A stretch of 64,000 bases of DNA, taken from Eledone cirrhosa. Its lineage: Eukaryota. The notes below the pieces were generated by a model. That model saw only the letters and a list, made by a program, of their open reading frames with translations. It was not told the DNA's origin and did no database searches. Within the stretch, counting starts at the first letter, position 1. Each line of letters opens with the position of its first letter. Below are positions 28,401-44,830 of this stretch, piece by piece. The stretch lies in the NCBI GenBank assembly GCA_964016885.1, contig OZ024749.1:14322001-14386000 (forward strand), in the 5' to 3' direction. A program made the position numbers and the translations under genes.

Positions 28401-31400
28401 ATGGCACAGGTCTGCCACACATACTATATGGCACAGGTGTTCCACACATACTATATGGCACAGGTCTGTCACACATACTATATGGCACAGGTCTGCCACA
28501 CATACTATATGGCACATGTGTCCCACACATACTATATGGCACAGGTGTCCGACATACTATATGGCACAGGTCTGCCACACATACTATATGGCACATGTCT
28601 TCCACACATACTATATGGCACAGGTCTTCCACACATACTATATGGCACATGTGTCGCACACATACTATATGGCACAGGTCTTCCACACATACTATATGGC
28701 ACATGTGTGCCACATATACTATATGGCACAGGTCTGCCACACATACTATATGGTACAGGTGTGCCACATATACTATATAGCACAGGTCTGTCACACATAC
28801 TATATGGCACAGGTGTGCCACACATACTATATGGCACAGGTCTTCCACATATACTATATGGCACCGGTCTTCCACACATACTATATGCACAGGTGTACCA
28901 CATATACTATATGGCACAGGTCTGCCACACATACTATATGGCACAGGTGTACCACATATACTATATGGCACAGGTGTACCACACATACTATATGGCACAG
29001 GTCTTCAACATATACTATATGGCACAGGTCTTCCACACATACTATATGGCACAGGTGTACCACATATACTATATGGCACATGTGTACCACACATACTATA
29101 TGGCACAGGTGTACCACACATACTATATGGCACAGGTTTTCCACACATACTATATGGCACAGGTGTACCACACATACTATATGGCACAGGTCTGCCACAC
29201 ATACTATATGGCACAGGTCTGTCACACATACTATATGGCACAGGTGTCCCACACATACTATATGGCACAGGTCTTCCACACATACTATATGGCACAGGTC
29301 TGTCACACATACTATATGGCACAGGTCTGCCACACATACTATATGGCACATGTGTGCCACACATTCTATATGGCACAGGTCTGTCAAACATACTATATGG
29401 CACAGGTCTGCCACACATACTATATGGCACATGTGTGCCACACATACTATATGGCACAGGTCTGTCACACATACTATATGGCACAGGTCTTCCACACATA
29501 CTATATGGCACATGTGTCCCACACATACTATATGGCACAGGTGTCCCACATACTATATGGCACAGGTCTGCCACACATACTATATGGCACATGTCTTCCA
29601 CACATACTATATGGCACATGTCTTCCACACATAATATATGGCACAGGTCTTCCACACATACTATATGGCACATGTGTCCCACACATAATATATGGCACAG
29701 GTCTTCCACACATACTATATGGCACATGTGTGCCACATATACTATATGGCACAGGTCTGGCACACATACTATATGGTACAGGTGTGCCACATATACTATA
29801 TAGCACAGGTCTGTCACACATACTATATGGCACAGGTGTGCCACAGATACTATATGGCACAGGTCTTCCACATATACTATATGGCACAGGTCTTCCACAC
29901 ATACTATATGGCACAGGTGTACCACATATACTATATGGCACAGGTGTACCACACATACTATATTGCACAGGTGTACCACACATACTATATGGCACAGGTC
30001 TTCCACACATACTATATGGCACAGGTGTACCACACATACTATATGGCACAGGTCTGTCACACATACTATATGGCACAGGTCTGCCACACATACTATATGG
30101 CACAGGTGTCCCACACATACTATATGGCACAGGTCTACCACACATACAATATGGCACAGGTCTGTCACACATACTATATGGCACAGGTGTGCCACACATT
30201 CTATATGGCACAGGTCTGCACACATACTATATGGCACAGGTCTTCCACACATACTATATGGCACAGGTGTGCCACACATACTATATGGCACAGGTCTGTC
30301 ACACATACTATATGGCACAGGTCTGCCACACATACTATATGGCACAGGTCTGTCACACATACTATATGGCACAGGTGTTCCACACATACTATATGGCACA
30401 GGTCTTCCACACATACTATATGGCACAGGTCTTCCACATATACTATATGGCATAGGTCTGTCACACATACTATATGGCACAGGTCTTCCACATATACTAT
30501 ATGGCACAGGTCTGTCACACATACTATATGGCACAGGTCTTCCACACATACTATATGGCACATGTATGCCACACATACTATATGGCACAGGTCTGCCATA
30601 CATACTATATGGCACAGGTGTGCCACATATACTATATAGCACAGGTCTGTCACACATACTATATGGCACAGGTGTTCCACACATACTATATGGCACAGGT
30701 CTTCCACACATACTATATGGCACAGGTCTTCCACATATACTATATGGCATAGGTCTGTCACACATACTATATGGCACAGGTCTTCCACATATACTATATG
30801 GCACAGGTCTTCCACATATACTATATGGCACAGGTCTGTCACACATACTATATGGCACAGGTCTTCCACACATACTATATGGCACAGGTGTACCACATAT
30901 ACTATATGGCACAGGGGTGCCACACAGACTATATGGCACAGGTGTGCCACACATACTATATGGCACAGGTCTGCCACACATACTATATGGCACAGGTCTG
31001 CCACATATACTATATGGCACAGGTCTACCACACATACTATATGGCACAGGTCTGCCACACATACTATATGGCACAGGTGTGCCACACATACTATATGGCA
31101 CAGGTGTTCCACACATACTATATGGCACAGGTGTACCACACATACTATATGGCACAGGTGTGCCACACATAGTATATTGCACAGGTCTGCCACACATACT
31201 ATATGGCACAGGTGTGCCACACATACTATATGGCACAGGTGTACCACACATACTATATGGCACAGGTGTGCCACACATACTATATGGCACAGGTCTCCCA
31301 CACATACTATATGGCACAGGTCTGCCACATACTATATGGCACAGGTCTGCCAAACATACTATATGGCACAGGTGTACCACATATACTATATGGCACTGGT

Positions 31401-34400
31401 GTTCCACACATACTATATGGCACAGGTCTCCCACATATACTATATGGCACAGGTCTGCCACACATACTATATGGCACAGGTCTTCCACACATACTATATG
31501 GCACAGGTCTGCCACACATACCATATGGCACAGGTCTTCCACACATACTATATGGCACAGGTCTTCCACACATACTATATGGCACATGTCTTCCACACAT
31601 ACTATATGGCACAGGTCTGTCACACATACTATATGGCACAGGTCTTCCACACATACTATATGGCACAGGTCTTCCACACATACTATATGGCACATGTCTT
31701 CCACACATACTATATGGCACAGGTGTTCCACACATACTATATGGCACAGGTCTGCCACATATACTATATGGCACAGGTCTGTCACACATACTGTATGGTA
31801 CAGGTCTCCCACACATACAATATGGCACAAGTCTTCCACACATACTATATGGCACAGGTCTTCCACATATACTATATGGCACAGGTCTGTCACACATACT
31901 ATATGGCACAGGACTGTCACACATACTATATGGCACAGGTCTCCCACACATACTATATGGCACAGGTGCACCACATATACTAAATGGCACAGGTGTTCCA
32001 CACATACTATATGGCACAGGTCTGCCACATATACTATATGGCACAGGTCTGCCACACATACTATATGGCACAGGTCTTCCACACATACTATATGGCACAG
32101 GTCTGCCACACATACCATATGGCACAGGTCTTCCACACATACTATATGGCACAAGTGTCCCACACATACTATATGGCACAGGTCTTCCACACATACAATA
32201 TGGCACAGATCTACCACACATACTATATGGCACATGTCTTCCACACATACTATATGGCACATGTCTTCCACACATACAATATGGCACAGGTCTACCACAC
32301 ATACTATATGGCACATGTCTTCCACACATACTATATGGCACATGTCTTCCACACATACAATATGGCACAGGTCTTCCACACATACTATATGGCACATGTC
32401 TTCCACACATACTATATGGCACAGGTCTGCCAAACATACTATATGGCACAGGTCTTCCACACATACTATGTGGCGCAGGTCTGCCACACATACTATATGG
32501 CACAGGTCTGCCACACATACTATATGGCACAGGTCTGCCACACATACTATATAGCACAGGTCTTCCACACATACTATATGGCACAGGTGTACCACATATA
32601 CTATATGGCACAGGTGTTCCACACATACTATATGGCACAGGTGTACCACATATACTATATGGCACAGGTCTGCCACACATACTATATGGCACAGGTCTTC
32701 CACACATACTATATGGCACAGGTGTACCACACATACTATATGGCACAGGTCTTCCACACGTACTATATGGCACAGGTGTGCCACACATACTATATGGCAC
32801 AGGTCTTCCACACATACTATATGGCACATGTGTGCCACACGTACTATATGGCACAGGTCTTCCACACATACTATATGGCACAGGTGTGCCACACATACAA
32901 TATGGCACAGGTCTTCCACACATACTATATGGCACAGGTCTTCCACAAATACTATGTGGCACAGGTCTGCCACACATACTATATGGCACAGGTCTGTCAC
33001 ACATACTATATGGCACAGGTCTTCCACACATACTATATGGCACAGGTCTTCCACACATACTATATGGCACAGGTCTGCCACACATACTATATGGCACAGG
33101 TGTGCCACACGCACTATATGGCACAGGTGTGCCACATATACTATATAGCACAGGTCTGTCACGCATACTATATGGCACAGTTCTTCCACACATACTATAT
33201 GGCACATGTGTGCCAAACATACTATATCGCACATGTATGCCACACATATAATATGGCACATGTGTGCCACACATACTATATGGCACACGTCTGTCACACA
33301 TACTATATGGCACATGTCTTCCACACATACTATATGGCCCAGGTGTGCCACACATACTATATGGCACAGGTCTGCCACACATACTATATGGCACAGGTCT
33401 TCCACACATACTATATGGCACATGTCTGCCACACATACTATATGGCACAGGTGTGTCACACGTACTATATGGCACAGGTGTGCCACATATACTATATATA
33501 ACAGGTCTGTCACACATACTATATGGCACAGGTCTTCCACACATACTATATGGCACATGTGTCCCACACATACTATATGGCACAGGTGTACCACACATAC
33601 TATATGGCACAGGTGTACCACACATACTATATGGCACAGGTCTTCCACACATACTATATGGCACAGGTGTACCACACATACTATATGGCACAGGTCTGTC
33701 ACACATACTATATGGCACAGGTCTGCCACACATACTATATGGCACAGGTGTCCCACACATACTATATGGCACAGGTCTTCCACACATACAATATGGCACA
33801 GGTCTGGCACACATACTATATGGCACAGGTGTGCCACACATACTATATGGCACAGGTGTGCCACACATACTATATGGCACAGGTCTGCCACACATACTAT
33901 ATGGCACAGGTGTGCCACACATACTATATGGCACAGGTCTGTCACACATACTATATGGCACAGGTCTCCCACAAATACTATATGTCACAGGTCTCCCACA
34001 CATACTATATGGCACAGGTCTGTCACACATACTATATGGCACAGGTCTTCCACACATACTATATGGCCCAGGTCTGCCACACATACTATATGGCACAGGT
34101 TTGTCACACATACTATATGGCACAGGTTTGCCACACATACTATATGGCACAGGTCTTCCACACATACTATATGGCACAGGTCTGTCACACATACTATATG
34201 GCACAGGTCTTCCACACATACTATATGGCACATGTATGCCACACATACTATATGGCACAGGTCTGCCATACATACTATATGGCACAGGTGTGCCACATAT
34301 ACTATATAGCACAGGTCTGTCACACATACTATATGGCACAGGTGTGCCACACATACTATATGGCACAGGTCTTCCACACATACTATATGGCACAGGTCTC

Positions 34401-35280
34401 CACATATACTATATGGCACAGGTCTTCCACATATACTATATGGCACAGGTCTGTCACACATACTATATGGCACAGGTCTTCCACACATACTATATGGCAC
34501 AGGTGTACCACATATACTATATGGCACAGGTGTGCCACACATACTATATGGCACAGGTCTCCCACACATACTATATGGCACAGGTCTCCCACACATACTA
34601 TATGGCACAGGTCTGCCACATATACTATATGGCACAGGTCTACCACACATACTATATGGCACAGGTCTGCCACACATACTATATGGCACAGGTGTGCCAC
34701 ACATACTATATGGCACAGGTGTTCCACACATAATATATGGCACAGGTGTACCACACATACTATATGGCACAGGTCTCCCATACATACTATATGGCACAGG
34801 TCTTCCACACATACTATATGGCACAGGTGTACCACATATACTATATGGCACATGTGTACCACACATACTATATGGCACAGGTGTACCACACATACTATAT
34901 GGCACAGGTCTTCCACACATACTATATGGCACAGGTGTACCACACATACTATATGGCACAGGTCTGTCACACATACTATATGGCACAGGTCTGCCACACA
35001 TACTATATGGCACAGGTGTCCCACACATACTATATGGCACAGGTCTTCCACACATACAATATGGCACAGGTCTGTCACACATACTATATGGCACAGGTGT
35101 GCCACACATACTATATGGCACAGGTGTGCCACACATACTATATGGCACAGGTCTGCCACACATACTATATGGCACAGGTGTTCCACACATACTATATGGC
35201 ACAGGTCTGTCACACATACTATATGGCACAGGTCTGCCACACATACTATATGGCACATGTGTCCCACACATACTATATGG
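22430..35280. repeat. HOR-2: 6741-bp higher-order repeat (250 monomers, 250x27-9); copy A about 22430-29170, copy B about 29171-35280 (truncated)
   Basis: CAGGGGTGCCACACAGAC at 24171/30912 and GTGCAC at 25225/31966. ORF pairs 22951/29692, 24436/31177 and 27791/34532. Six short monomers (-2,-1,-2,-1,-2,-1) sum to -9. Confidence 0.93.
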
Positions 35281-38200
35281 CACAGGTCTTCCACATATAC
35301 TATATGGCACAGGTCTTCCACACATACTATATGGCACAGGTGTACCACATATACTATATGGCACAGGTGTACCACACATACTATATTGCACAGGTGTACC
35401 ACACATACTATATGGCACAGGTCTTCCACACATACTATATGGCACAGGTGTACCACACATACTATATGGCACAGGTCTGTCACACATACTATATGGCACA
35501 GGTCTGCCACACATACTATATGGCACAGGTGTCCCACACATACTATATGGCACAGGTCTACCACACATACAATATGGCACAGGTCTGTCACACATACTAT
35601 ATGGCACAGGTGTGCCACACATACTATATGGCACAGGTCTGCACACATACTATATGGCACAGGTCTTCCACACATACTATATGGCACAGGTGTGCCACAC
35701 ATACTATATGGCACAGGTCTGTCACACATACTATATGGCACAGGTCTCCCACACATACTATATGGCACAGGTCTGTCACACATACTATATGGCACAGGTG
35801 TTCCACACATACTATATGGCACAGGTCTTCCACACATACTATATGGCACAGGTCTTCCACATATACTATATGGCATAGGTCTGTCACACATACTATATGG
35901 CACAGGTCTTCCACATATACTATATGGCACAGGTCTGTCACACATACTATATGGCACAGGTCTTCCACACATACTATATGGCACATGTATGCCACACATA
36001 CTATATGGCACAGGTCTGCCATACATACTATATGGCACAGGTGTGCCACATATACTATATAGCACAGGTCTGTCACACATACTATATGGCACAGGTGTTC
36101 CACACATACTATATGGCACAGGTCTTCCACACATACTATATGGCACAGGTCTTCCACATATACTATATGGCATAGGTCTGTCACACATACTATATGGCAC
36201 AGGTCTTCCACATATACTATATGGCACAGGTCTTCCACATATACTATATGGCACAGGTCTGTCACACATACTATATGGCACAGGTCTTCCACACATACTA
36301 TATGGCACAGGTGTACCACATATACTATATGGCACAGGGGTGCCACACAGACTATATGGCACAGGTGTGCCACACATACTATATGGCACAGGTCTGCCAC
36401 ACATACTATATGGCACAGGTCTGCCACATATACTATATGGCACAGGTCTACCACACATACTATATGGCACAGGTCTGCCACACATACTATATGGCACAGG
36501 TGTGCCACACATACTATATGGCACAGGTGTTCCACACATACTATATGGCACAGGTGTACCACACATACTATATGGCACAGGTGTGCCACACATAGTATAT
36601 TGCACAGGTCTGCCACACATACTATATGGCACAGGTGTGCCACACATACTATATGGCACAGGTGTACCACACATACTATATGGCACAGGTGTGCCACACA
36701 TACTATATGGCACAGGTCTCCCACACATACTATATGGCACAGGTCTGCCACATACTATATGGCACAGGTCTGCCAAACATACTATATGGCACAGGTGTAC
36801 CACATATACTATATGGCACTGGTGTTCCACACATACTATATGGCACAGGTCTCCCACATATACTATATGGCACAGGTCTGCCACACATACTATATGGCAC
36901 AGGTCTGCCACACATACTATATGGCACAGGTCTGCCACACATACCATATGGCACAGGTCTTCCACACATACTATATGGCACAGGTCTTCCACACATACTA
37001 TATGGCACATGTCTTCCACACATACTATATGGCACAGGTCTGTCACACATACTATATGGCACAGGTCTTCCACACATACTATATGGCACAGGTCTTCCAC
37101 ACATACTATATGGCACATGTCTTCCACACATACTATATGGCACAGGTGTTCCACACATACTATATGGCACAGGTCTGCCACATATACTATATGGCACAGG
37201 TCTGTCACACATACTGTATGGTACAGGTCTCCCACACATACAATATGGCACAAGTCTTCCACACATACTATATGGCACAGGTCTTCCACATATACTATAT
37301 GGCACAGGTCTGTCACACATACTATATGGCACAGGACTGTCACACATACTATATGGCACAGGTCTCCCACACATACTATATGGCACAGGTGCACCACATA
37401 TACTAAATGGCACAGGTGTTCCACACATACTATATGGCACAGGTCTGCCACATATACTATATGGCACAGGTCTGCCACACATACTATATGGCACAGGTCT
37501 TCCACACATACTATATGGCACAGGTCTGTCACACATACCATATGGCACAGGTCTTCCACACATACTATATGGCACAGGTGTCCCACACATACTATATGGC
37601 ACAGGTTTTCCACACATACAATATGGCACAGATCTACCACACATACTATATGGCACATGTCTTCCACACATACTATATGGCACATGTCTTCCACACATAC
37701 AATATGGCACAGGTCTACCACACATACTATATGGCACATGTCTTCCACACATACTATATGGCACATGTCTTCCACACATACAATATGGCACAGGTCTTCC
37801 ACACATACTATATGGCACATGTCTTCCACACATACTATATGGCACAGGTCTGCCAAACATACTATATGGCACAGGTCTTCCACACATACTATGTGGCGCA
37901 GGTCTGCCACACATACTATATGGCACAGGTCTGCCACACATACTATATGGCACAGGTCTGCCACACATACTATATAGCACAGGTCTTCCACACATACTAT
38001 ATGGCACAGGTGTACCACATATACTATATGGCACAGGTGTTCCACACATACTATATGGCACAGGTGTACCACATATACTATATGGCACAGGTCTGCCACA
38101 CATACTATATGGCACAGGTCTTCCACACATACTATATGGCACAGGTGTACCACACATACTATATGGCACAGGTCTTCCACACGTACTATATGGCACAGGT

Positions 38201-41200
38201 GTGCCACACATACTATATGGCACAGGTCTTCCACACATACTATATGGCACATGTGTGCCACACGTACTATATGGCACAGGTCTTCCACACATACTATATG
38301 GCACAGGTGTGCCACACATACAATATGGCACAGGTCTTCCACACATACTATATGGCACAGGTCTTCCACAAATACTATGTGGCACAGGTCTGCCACACAT
38401 ACTATATGGCACAGGTCTGTCACACATACTATATGGCACAGGTCTTCCACACATACTATATGGCACAGGTCTTCCACACATACTATATGGCACAGGTCTG
38501 CCACACATACTATATGGCACAGGTGTGCCACACGCACTATATGGCACAGGTGTGCCACATATACTATATAGCACAGGTCTGTCACGCATACTATATGGCA
38601 CAGGTCTTCCACACATACTATATGGCACATGTGTGCCAAACATACTATATCGCACATGTATGCCACACATATAATATGGCACATGTGTGCCACACATACT
38701 ATATGGCACACGTCTGTCACACATACTATATGGCACATGTCTTCCACACATACTATATGGCCCAGGTGTGCCACACATACTATATGGCACAGGTCTGCCA
38801 CACATACTATATGGCACAGGTCTTCCACACATACTATATGGCACATGTCTGCCACACATACTATATGGCACAGGTGTGTCACACGTACTATATGGCACAG
38901 GTGTGCCACATATACTATATATCACAGGTCTGTCACACATACTATATGGCACAGGTCTTCCACACATACTATATGGCACATGTGTCCCACACATACTATA
39001 TGGCACAGGTGTACCACACATACTATATGGCACAGGTGTACCACACATACTATATGGCACAGGTCTTCCACACATACTATATGGCACAGGTGTACCACAC
39101 ATACTATATGGCACAGGTCTGTCACACATACTATATGGCACAGGTCTGCCACACATACTATATGGCACAGGTGTCCCACACATACTATATGGCACAGGTC
39201 TTCCACACATACAATATGGCACAGGTCTGGCACACATACTATATGGCACAGGTGTGCCACACATACTATATGGCACAGGTGTGCCACACATACTATATGG
39301 CACAGGTCTGCCACACATACTATATGGCACAGGTGTGCCACACATACTATATGGCACAGGTCTGTCACACATACTATATGGCACAGGTCTCCCACAAATA
39401 CTATATGTCACAGGTCTCCCACACATACTATATGGCACAGGTCTGTCACACATACTATATGGCACAGGTCTTCCACACATACTATATGGCCCAGGTCTGC
39501 CACACATACTATATGGCACAGGTTTGTCACACATACTATATGGCACAGGTTTGCCACACATACTATATGGCACAGGTCTTCCACACATACTATATGGCAC
39601 AGGTCTGTCACACATACTATATGGCACAGGTCTTCCACACATACTATATGGCACATGTATGCCACACATACTATATGGCACAGGTCTGCCATACATACTA
39701 TATGGCACAGGTGTGCCACATATACTATATAGCACAGGTCTGTCACACATACTATATGGCACAGGTGTGCCACACATACTATATGGCACAGGTCTTCCAC
39801 ACATACTATATGGCACAGGTCTCCACATATACTATATGGCACAGGTCTTCCACATATACTATATGGCACAGGTCTGTCACACATACTATATGGCACAGGT
39901 CTTCCACACATACTATATGGCACAGGTGTACCACATATACTATATGGCACAGGTGTGCCACACATACTATATGGCACAGGTCTCCCACACATACTATATG
40001 GCACAGGTCTCCCACACATACTATATGGCACAGGTCTGCCACATATACTATATGGCACAGGTCTACCACACATACTATATGGCACAGGTCTGCCACACAT
40101 ACTATATGGCACAGGTGTGCCACACATACTATATGGCACAGGTGTTCCACACATAATATATGGCACAGGTGTACCACACATACTATATGGCACAGGTCTC
40201 CCATACATACTATATGGCACAGGTCTTCCACACATACTATATGGCACAGGTGTACCACATATACTATATGGCACATGTGTACCACACATACTATATGGCA
40301 CAGGTGTACCACACATACTATATGGCACAGGTCTTCCACACATACTATATGGCACAGGTGTACCACACATACTATATGGCACAGGTCTGTCACACATACT
40401 ATATGGCACAGGTCTGCCACACATACTATATGGCACAGGTGTCCCACACATACTATATGGCACAGGTCTTCCACACATACAATATGGCACAGGTCTGTCA
40501 CACATACTATATGGCACAGGTGTGCCACACATACTATATGGCACAGGTGTGCCACACATACTATATGGCACAGGTCTGCCACACATACTATATGGCACAG
40601 GTGTTCCACACATACTATATGGCACAGGTCTGTCACACATACTATATGGCACAGGTCTGCCACACATACTATATGGCACATGTGTCCCACACATACTATA
40701 TGGCACAGGTGTCCGACATACTATATGGCACAGGTCTGCCACACATACTATATGGCACATGTCTTCCACACATACTATATGGCACAGGTCTTCCACACAT
40801 ACTATATGGCACATGTGTCGCACACATACTATATGGCACAGGTCTTCCACACATACTATATGGCACATGTGTGCCACATATACTATATGGCACAGGTCTC
40901 CCACACATACTATATGGTACAGGTGTGCCACATATACTATATAGCACAGGTCTGTCACACATACTATATGGCACAGGTGTGCCACACATACTATATGGCA
41001 CAGGTCTTCCACATATACTATATGGCACCGGTCTTCCACACATACTATATGCACAGGTGTACCACATATACTATATGGCACAGGTCTGCCACACATACTA
41101 TATGGCACAGGTGTACCACATATACTATATGGCACAGGTGTACCACACATACTATATGGCACAGGTCTTCAACATATACTATATGGCACAGGTCTTCCAC

Positions 41201-41355
41201 ACATACTATATGGCACAGGTGTACCACATATACTATATGGCACATGTGTACCACACATACTATATGGCACAGGTGTACCACACATACTATATGGCACAGG
41301 TTTTCCACACATACTATATGGCACAGGTGTACCACACATACTATATGGCACAGGT
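35270..41355. repeat. HOR-2 copy C, offset 5423 from copy B (1318 bp, 49 monomers, missing at the B/C junction)
   Basis: CAGGGG at 36335 and GTGCAC at 37389. ORF pairs 30201/35624 and 31984/37407. Offset 12164 from copy A (27791/39955, 28532/40696). Confidence 0.92.
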
Positions 41356-44300
41356 CTGTCACACATACTATATGGCACAGGTCTGCCACACATACTATAT
41401 GGCACAGGTGTCCCACACATACTATATGGCACAGGTCTTCCACACATACAATATGGCACAGGTCTGTCACACATACTATATGGCACAGGTGTGCCACACA
41501 TACTATATGGCACAGGTGTGCCACACATACTATATGGCACAGGTCTGCCACACATACTATATGGCACAGGTGTGCCACACATACTATATGGCAGAGGTCT
41601 GTCACACATACTATATGGCACAGGTCTGCCACACATACTATATGGCACAGGTCTCCCACACATACTATATGGCACAGGTCTGTCACACATACTATATGGC
41701 ACAGGTCTTCCACACATACTATATGGCACAGGTCTGCCACACATACTATATGGCACAGGTTTGTCACACATACTATATGGCACAGGTCTGCCACACATAC
41801 TATATGGCACAGGTCTTCCACACATACTATATGGCACAGGTGTCCCACACATACTATATGGCACAGGTCTTCCACACATACAATATGGCACAGGTCTGTC
41901 ACACATACTATATGGCACAGGTGTGCCACACATACTATATGGCGCAGGTGTGCCACACATACTATATGGCACAGGTCTGCCACACATACTATATGGCACA
42001 GGTCTTCCACACATACTATATGGCACAAGTCTGCCACACATACTATATGGCACAGGTCTGTCACACATACTATATGGCACAGGTCTTCCACACATACTAT
42101 ATGGCACAGGTCTTCCACACATACTATATGGCACAGGTCTTCCACACATACTATATGGCACATGTCTTCCACCCATATTATATGGCACAGGTCTACCACA
42201 CATACTATATGGCACAGGTCTTCCACACATACTGTATGGCACAGGTGTCCCACACATACTATATGGCACAGGTGTCCCACACATACTATATGGCACAGGT
42301 CTTCCACACATACTATATGGCACAGGTGTCCCACACATACTATATGGCACAGGTGTCCCACACATACTATATGGCACAGGTATGCCACATATACTATATG
42401 GCACAGGTGTACCACACATACTATATGGCACAGGTCTCCCACACATACTATATGGCACAGGTCTCCCACACATACTATATGGCACAGGTCTGCCACATAT
42501 ACTATATGGCACAGGTCTACCACACATACTATATGGCACAGGTCTGCCACACATACTATATGGCACAGGTGTGCCACACATACTATATGGCACAGGTGTT
42601 CCACACATAATATATGGCACAGGTGTACCACACATACTATATGGCACAGGTCTCCCATACATACTATATGGCACAGGTCTTCCACACATATTATATGGCA
42701 CAGGTGTACCACATATACTATATGGCACATGTGTACCACACATACTATATGGCACAGGTGTACCACACATACTATATGGCACAGGTCTTCCACACATACT
42801 ATATGGCACAGGTGTACCACACATACTATATGGCACAGGTCTGTCACACATACTATATGGCACAGGTCTGCCACACATACTATATGGCACAGGTGTCCCA
42901 CACATACTATATGGCACAGGTCTTCCACACATACAATATGGCACAGGTCTGTCACACATACTATATGGCACAGGTGTGCCACACATACTATATGGCACAG
43001 GTGTGCCACACATACTATATGGCACAGGTCTGCCACACATACTATATGGCACAGGTGTTCCACACATACTATATGGCACAGGTCTGTCACACATACTATA
43101 TGGCACAGGTCTGCCACACATACTATATGGCACATGTGTCCCACACATACTATATGGCACAGGTGTCCGACATACTATATGGCACAGGTCTGCCACACAT
43201 ACTATATGGCACATGTCTTCCACACATACTATATGGCACAGGTCTTCCACACATACTATATGGCACATGTGTCCCACACATACTATATGGCACAGGTCTT
43301 CCACACATACTATATGGCACATGTGTGCCACATATACTATATGGCACAGGTCTGCCACACATACTATATGGTACAGGTGTGCCACATATACTATATAGCA
43401 CAGGTCTGTCACACATACTATATGGCACAGGTGTGCCACACATACTATATGGCACAGGTCTTCCACATATACTATATGGCACAGGTCTTCCACACATACT
43501 ATATGCACAGGTGTACCACATATACTATATGGCACAGGTCTGCCACACATACTATATGGCACAGGTGTACCACATATACTATATGGCACAGGTGTACCAC
43601 ACATACTATATGGCACAGGTCTTCAACATATACTATATGGCACAGGTCTTCCACACATACTATATGGCACAGGTGTACCACATATACTATATGGCACATG
43701 TGTACCACACATACTATATGGCACAGGTGTACCACACATACTATATGGCACAGGTTTTCCACACATACTATATGGCACAGGTGTACCACACATACTATAT
43801 GGCACAGGTCTGCCACACATACTATATGGCACAGGTGTCCCACACATACTATATGGCACAGGTCTTCCACACATACAATATGGCACAGGTCTGTCACACA
43901 TACTATATGGCACAGGTGTGCCACACATACTATATGGCACAGGTGTGCCACACATACTATATGGCACAGGTCTGCCACACATACTATATGGCACAGGTGT
44001 GCCACACATACTATATGGCACAGGTCTGTCACACATACTATATGGCACAGGTTTGCCACACATACTATATGGCACAGGTCTCCCACACATACTATATGGC
44101 ACAGGTCTGTCACACATACTATATGGCACAGGTCTTCCACACATACTATATGGCACAGGTTTGCCACACATACTATATGGCACAGGTTTGTCACACATAC
44201 TATATGGCACAGGTCTGCCACACATACTATATGGCACAGGTCTTCCACACATACTATATGGCACAGGTGTCCCACACATACTATATGGCACAGGTCTTCC

Positions 44301-44830
44301 ACACATACAATATGGCACAGGTCTGTCACACATACTATATGGCACAGGTGTGCCACACATACTATATGGCGCAGGTGTGCCACACATACTATATGGCACA
44401 GGTCTGCCACACATACTATATGGCACAGGTCTTCCACACATACTATATGGCACAAGTCTGCCACACATACTATATGGCACAGGTCTGTCACACATACTAT
44501 ATGGCACAGGTCTTCCACACATACTATATGGCACAGGTCTTCCACACATACTATATGGCACAGGTCTTCCACACATACTATATGGCACATGTCTTCCACC
44601 CATATTATATGGCACAGGTCTTCCACACATACTATATGGCACAGGTCTTCCACACATACTGTATGGCACAGGTGTCCCACACATACTATATGGCACAGGT
44701 GTCCCACACATACTATATGGCACAGGTCTTCCACACATACTATATGGCACAGGTGTCCCACACATACTATATGGCACAGGTGTCCCACACATACTATATG
44801 GCACAGGTATGCCACACATACTATATGGCA
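39960..44830. repeat. About 2454-bp (91-monomer) tandem duplication, the second copy one monomer shorter (2427)
   Basis: ORF pairs 40160/42614 and 40696/43150 (2454), and 41491/43918 (2427). Markers GTCCGAC, TATATGCAC, GGTTTTCC, GGCGCAGG and CACCCATATT are each duplicated. Confidence 0.85.
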
